A stretch of 56,508 bases of DNA, counting the filler, from Sphacelaria rigidula (lineage: Eukaryota): the NCBI GenBank assembly GCA_964200075.2. It is 6 parts of 6 records of this genome, joined end to end, with 100 filler letters (N's around TTAATTAATTAA, not from the genome) between each part and the next. Parts side by side here need not be neighbours in the genome. Positions count along the whole stretch, not along the records: positions 47,176 to 56,508 come from CAXNAA020008728.1; 5 more parts are not named here. The stretch is one strand, 5' to 3'. Below, one piece after another: positions 50,702 to 56,508 of this stretch; the stretch's first letter is position 1; each line of letters starts with the position of its first letter. A program made the position numbers and the translations under genes. The notes beneath the pieces were generated by a model that did not search any database, had not been told where the DNA came from, and was given only the letters and a program-made list of their open reading frames with translations.

Positions 50702-52680
50702 GTACAGTACCTGGTTGATGAAACATCGCCAACACATCGTTGAGGTACACCCTGTTCCTGATCGATGAAGCATACGTGGCAAGATTCCGCCGCAGGAAAA
50801 ACCATTTCGGCAGTGAGGAAGCGCGCCAACTCGTTTTTTTTCCCCTTTTTTTATTTTTCACTAGTGACGTGATTCGTGACTTCCTGACTGATGATAATAA
50901 ATATGGAGGAATTCCGCCGCAAGAATCACCGTGATTTCGGAACAAATAATTGAGAGAGCGCGCCAGGTTTTTTTTCAATTGTTTTTTTTCCACTCGTGAT
51001 GTCATTCGTGATATTGTTTTAATTATTTTGGAACCAGTATTATGGCGGTTGTCTTGTTCTTCTCTTCTTTTTTTCGTTTCGCTCAACCTTATTTCCTCCC
51101 CCGTTTGTGGTTTCCTATGTTACGAGTAGGCAGCGCACTATCATGTGGATGATGACAACCGCTGCATCTCGCGGGGGACCAGTTGAAGTGCAACAATTCA
51201 TCTGTCAGGCACATGTCTATATCCCCTCCCAAAAAATGTGCATATCCTCCTTACAACAATGTTGAGTGTGTCAGCTTTGTTTTTCTTGGGTACGCCTATC
51301 ATGTGACCTCGGCTGGATCCCGGGGGGGTCAGTTAAATTGCCACAATCAATCAATCAATACCACGTGTCAGTATACCCACAGCAGACAGCGTTTCTTGCG
51401 CTTGCAAATGATGGGCGATTTTGCTGCGCGTTTTCCCGGACATTAACTGGTCGATGGTTGCAAGAGAAGAAGATGTACTGCGTGGAGTGTAGGCTCATTG
51501 TACCTATTTATTGATCGTATATTGTCAAGGCTTTGAACGTTTTTTCTTCAGTTCCCATCATTTCGGGGGGCAACACCTTCGCTGAATGTCCTCCAAAGAA
51601 AAAAAGACCCCAGTAAACCATTATTTTGACGCTCGCGATACCCATGCCTTCAGAAGACCTTATCATTACAAAGGAACCGGTGGTAAGTATTTCGGAACAG
51701 TAAAAGCAGCAACCCTGAGCTCCGCCCAAAGGCTTCTGATTGATTACAGGGATTGGTAGTTTGTGGGAAACCCCGATTGGGTGAATACCAAATTTAACGT
51801 TTGACTACTGTACTTAATTGTGTGTCTGGAAGTCAGCGGGGGTCGGCGATGAACGCGCTTTTGACCAGTAACACTCATAGAGCTCGGGGTATGGCATGGA
51901 CTGGAACACTACTGAAATGTGTGCCAATAGCATGCGTTGCTCAGTAGACGAAGCAAAACACTTCATTTCGGAGCCTTGGATGGCTGACTACGTGGAAGCG
52001 GGATGAGACGGGACGACACGGGACGGGACACGTTTCCGTTGGCAAGAAAAAACGACGGGACGAACAGGGAACAGAAGTTTTAGTACTGACCTGAGCCATC
52101 ACGATCATGAGGAGTGCGATAGTACACGCCTGAGATCAGGAGAAACGTCTGGGCAAAACGAAGACAAGAGCCTCAGCCGCCAGCCAGGATTCGTCCGACC
52201 GATTGGTAAAAAAGTCGACCACTGGTCAAGAAGGTCTGCACGCTATTTTTGCGCCATTCCACGTACCTGGGTTGCGACGCTGAAAACAAAGTTCAAGGAT
52301 TGATTCGTACGGTACGAATCAATTGCACTAAAATCAAGTAATCTCCGGACGAATTATTAATTCGTCCGATCCTTGGATCTATCGCCACCCCATACGTTGA
52401 AGTTGCGGCCGACCTCATACGTCACAGCTGCTGTTGGTTGCTTTGTGCGCCGAAGAATCAACGACACCACGGACTAATACTGCGGAAATGGGAGCGGTGT
52501 AGAAGTACGACGAAAAATTGAGATAGATCGGTGACTTTCTACACGAAGTTCGTGGTTGTCCCGATCGATACATCGGTCGAGAATATATCACAAGAAGTAA
52601 CAACAAGAAATACTTGATCGAGTTAACGTCAAATCGACTTTTTTGTTCTTGTTTTTCTTCTCGTCCTCCGACACCGACAG

Positions 52681-52980
52681 GTTTGGTCTCCGAACATGGA
52701 GGCGGCGCTGTACAATCGTACCGTGAGGCTGCTGATCCACTGCACGAACGCAGACGAGTATGAGGAAGGTTACCTTTTCTTTAACATCGGCGAAGAAAAT
52801 AGCGTCGATCTCGTAGAAACTTGCGAAACCTTGCCAGAGCTCTGCGCCGAACTCGCGGGTAGCGGTGCGGCATCCAACCGTTTCTACAGGGGAATGATCG
52901 GCGGACGCCAAAGTTGGATGATGACTCTGGGGTATGCGGTCATGGTCGTTGCGGGAGCGGCCGCGGCCTTCGTGCTGTAG
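52681..52980 (+). CDS. Unknown cell-surface glycoprotein, terminal exon with a hydrophobic C-terminus (GPI signal or tail anchor)
   Basis: CAG acceptor, TAG stop. Ends AGSGAASNRFYRGMIGGRQSWMMTLGYAVMVVAGAAAAFVL*. Confidence 0.87.
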   Translation, partial: VWSPNMEAALYNRTVRLLIHCTNADEYEEGYLFFNIGEENSVDLVETCETLPELCAELAGSGAASNRFYRGMIGGRQSWMMTLGYAVMVVAGAAAAFVL

Positions 52981-55200
52981 TGGATGATGATTTTTTTTGT
53001 TTAGTTTAGTCTTAGATTCTTGTTCTTGATGCAAGATGAATTTTTGCTTGCGTGAGTGCTTTGTATGTTACAGTCAGTCTGTTGACGACTGCGTGCAAAA
53101 GAAAGTGGCGGACGTATGTCTGCGGCATACCGGGCATCGAGAGGAACGACAGGGTCAAAGCCACATACTGCAGCGGAAGATGTTTTTTTTGTCTTTTCGG
53201 ACCGCTTAGTTTGATCTGTCGGGCTTGAATTGAAAAATGACATGTCGGGGTAGTTGGTCAGGGGAGGGGGGGCATCCATGTATCCGGTGTTCCAGTGAAT
53301 TTTGTAGTTGTAGAGCATAGTACTTGGGATTCCCCCTCCTCCCCCCCTCCCCTATTCCTCGTTCCCTCTATCATAATCTTCCCTCTGATACTCTGAAATT
53401 TATCTGGTCTCGTCTGCTGTTATCGACTTTTTCAAGTGCGTTTATTCGGCGCCTGTACATTGTGGAACCCTGTACCCCTCCGCTGTAGTGTGCTTCTTTT
53501 TTTTTGTGAGGAGTGGAAGCTAGCTCTATGTGATTTGTGAGGCGGATTTTGTCTTCTGTGATAAAGTACAACAGGACAACATTATTTTGTCCCCTTTGTT
53601 GTAAGCGTGAGTCTTGGTTTACGGTGTGCGTTTTGACGTGCACGGTCCTCGTCCCATCTAGACATGCAGAGTGAGAATTGAATTATAAGGAAGAGTGCAC
53701 GTGTGGCAACCGTTTCACTTTCTCTTTCGCATTCTCATCAAATATTAGCCAGTTTTTTTCTCTTTTTTTTTTTCAAGGGATGCTGTAATTGTTGGCACTC
53801 GTGGGCTGTTTTGTTGTCTCGAGAAGACGAGGCCTCGTTTTTTCGTTGAGCACTCGTTCATTGAAGAAAAACATCCTCTCATAGTACGATGTTCGGTGTG
53901 AACCTTAGCCAGCATTTTGCATGTGATATTCTGCTTGATTTGTTGTGCTTACGACAGCGTTGGTCGCAACGGTTTTTGACCCGCCTTCATTTTGTTTCCT
54001 CAGCGCGAAGCTGGGTATAGTGCCTCCCTGCTCGAGTAGTTTGGTCATTGAGCACAGATTTCGGGCGTCGTTATTTGACAGTGAAATAAAGCACACCCTA
54101 GATGATAGATGACATTGTTGGAGAAAATAGTGTACTGCGTGCAGTATAGAATCTTTGGTATGTTGCAATATATGCTGTCGGTACTGTACGCTGTACACTT
54201 TTCGACATTGGAATCTGTCGTCCAGGGTGTGGAATGACTGTAATGGTGCCCTTTCCCTCCCCCGCCCCCGCGCGCCCTGCCCGACTCTGTGGCGGAATGT
54301 GTCAAACCCTGATACTTTGGCGAGAAAGTTGTACACCGCCCACCATCAAAGCTGTTGTTTTTCGATACATATCGGATGAGGCTTTATTTATTCCCGACCA
54401 CGCGAACTCCGTCATTTGTGTCTGCAGCCCCGCAGGGAGAGAACATTGGCAAGGGAGGGGGGTAGGAAGTAGGTATTGTGCAGCAAAAAAACACGGATAT
54501 CATTCGATGGTTGTCTTCTAGGAGGGGTTGTCCTGCGCACACCTACGGTAGTCTTGTCGTGCCAGTGGTGATTTTCGTGAGGGTGGTGTAAGTGCGGTTG
54601 GTGCTGTGGTGGGGTGGCACGCGTGGTTGGTTGCTTATAGTAGTTCTATAATTATTCTGGTTGATTGATCTGAAGAGATGGTACAATGGACATACGTGTA
54701 ATATACTGTGGTGATGTTTCGGTGTCGAAGCAGATTCATTTATTTTTACTGGTGTTTCAATATCGTAACTTTGAATAATCGCGTGTGCTTTTTCCTCTTT
54801 CTGTTTTTGTCGTGATATATTGCTGTCGCTGTCATTTATGCATGGTTGTTTTTATATCTTTTTCCAGTCAGCCGCTTGACGAGAGAGGTGGTGAAGGGTT
54901 CGTTACGCGAAAATCTAACTACAAACGAGTATGCGCTAGAGACATGTCATGTTGATGTGGGGTTGGAGGGGTGATGGTGGGAGGATAAACCCTGCGAGGT
55001 TTGAATTGACAGTCCTTCTCTCTCACCCTAAAGGCGGCTTACGAAATTTGTGAGAGCACGCCATGAGAGCAATGCCACGGTGGGGCGGAGGGGGGGACGT
55101 ACTCATTTGTTGCTTGCCTTGGTCGTTTGACGAATTGTCCACGCATCCCTTTTGAGACGGAGCACCGTTCCTACTCCTAATTGAGACACCCCCAATACTC

Positions 55201-55562
55201 TACACGTCGGACAAATAAGCACCCTATAGCGCGAGCTAGTTCTTTTTCAGCGTAGCTCCCTAGTGAGCTATTAGAGCTACATGAGCTACGCATAGTTTCC
55301 CTGGGGTGAGCTATGAGAGCTATAGGAGCTACGCATGTTTTCCCTGGATGAGCTACCAACCCGTAGCTCATCAGCTCATATTCGTCCCGAGTGAGTTATC
55401 AGAGCTGTATGAGCCACGCATGTTTGTCCGGGGTGAGCTACCAACTCGTGGCTCATGAGCGCACGTACACATTGTGTTGAGCTATCGGACGTAGCTCACC
55501 TGTTTGCCTACAGGTGAGCTACCTCCCGCAGATGAGCTAGCTCGTGAGCTGTCCTACCTGTG
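55201..55562. mobile_element. Family E TIR element inserted into a LINE-B 3' fragment
   Basis: TACACGTCGGACA ... GAGCTGTCCTACCTGTG, densely repeated GAGCTA motifs. The LINE sequence resumes on both sides. Confidence 0.8.
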
Positions 55563-56240
55563 CAACATTTAGGTGCTCGTTTACGTTTCTTCCCCACATT
55601 ACACGAGAAAACCTTCACATATCTTATCCCCCTCCTGTTTTGCCTGTAGTCACCATCTACCTCCTAGTAAAGTTATCATTTTTTCGCTACTACTGTCGAA
55701 TGCATCAGACGATTTCATGCCACCTTCGTTCCGCTCCTCCTTGTACAGTTCACATTCTGCCACTGTATGACTTGTGCTCTCTATTGCTTCGCTACAGGAG
55801 CAATTCTGTGCATCTACTTCCTCCCCCTCTCGACTACGGGTGAACCTCTTTCTATTCTTTCTGGCCGGTCCAGATCCCCCACCCGAGATCGCAGCTTCAA
55901 GCCATGGTAGGGGAACACTCTTCTGGTCTGAGGCTCTCTGTCCGTTCGATGACAAATATCTGCGCCTCTGTTTGCAACCTCAGACAACGTTTGGGCCAAA
56001 AAGTGCGCTCTCCTATCGCGACATCATTCACGATTAGCATTCCTGTGCCCATGGGGGCTCTAGGGATCGTATCCTGGATAATGACAAAATATTTTATCGT
56101 AAACAATAAAGTGTCCCCCACATACCGTATCGACGACTGTTGCGTCTATTGCAACAGCCAAATTAATAGATTCCATACTGTCAAACAGCGTATGACTACC
56201 CTTGTCCAATCAGACGCCCCCGGAGGGATACATTTGATGA

Positions 56241-56306
56241 GTAACCGATTGACTGCTGAGCTAATCAGCCAGCGCTGGCTGATTAGCTCAGCAGTCAATC
56301 GGTTAC
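56241..56306. repeat. Perfect 66-bp palindrome with no spacer
   Basis: GTAACCGATTGACTGCTGAGCTAATCAGCCAGC|GCTGGCTGATTAGCTCAGCAGTCAATCGGTTAC. Confidence 0.95.
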
Positions 56307-56508
56307 CCAACAAAAGCCAAGTTCGATGGGTCCGATGCATAACCCCGAGCACTCACGCCCCAGGGTTGCCATCCCTGTAACCAACGCTGCGCTGGTGAGT
56401 CCAACCGGTTTGACTTCGACTGCGCTCTCGATGGGTCTTACGTCGAACTTCTTTGGCTCGCACCCGGTGCTCATTTTTACCAAAGGATCCTTATGACTGT
56501 CCTGGGGA

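Overview
Eukaryotic DNA, most likely from a brown alga or related stramenopile (inferred from short GT-AG exons in multi-kb introns and the TE repertoire). The window is not one locus. It is six contigs of 9336, 9336, 9335, 9335, 9333 and 9333 bp, ordered by size and joined by an artificial 100-bp spacer (44N-TTAATTAATTAA-44N). Host-gene fragments: two exons of pyruvate carboxylase, one exon of a K+-independent H+-pyrophosphatase, three exons of WDR24 (GATOR2), and the last four exons of an unidentified, probably GPI-anchored cell-surface glycoprotein with a duplicated domain. The rest is mostly mobile DNA: a decayed APE-RT LINE plus six 3' fragments, a second short element sharing its 3' end, an internally deleted Ty1/copia element, an RTE-type LINE remnant, tRNA-derived SINEs, and many MITEs or foldbacks (mariner-, hAT- and CACTA-like). 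The strongest novelty candidate is a pair of retroposon families with a common ~80-nt 3' module that end in C-runs rather than poly(A) and tend to sit next to C-tracts. Also of note: a four-fold tandem LTR-end/PBS unit, a ~62-bp 14-copy array, and a perfect 66-bp palindrome. No CRISPR, prophage or prokaryotic operon was seen. All family assignments rest on motif recognition by eye; no database search was run.
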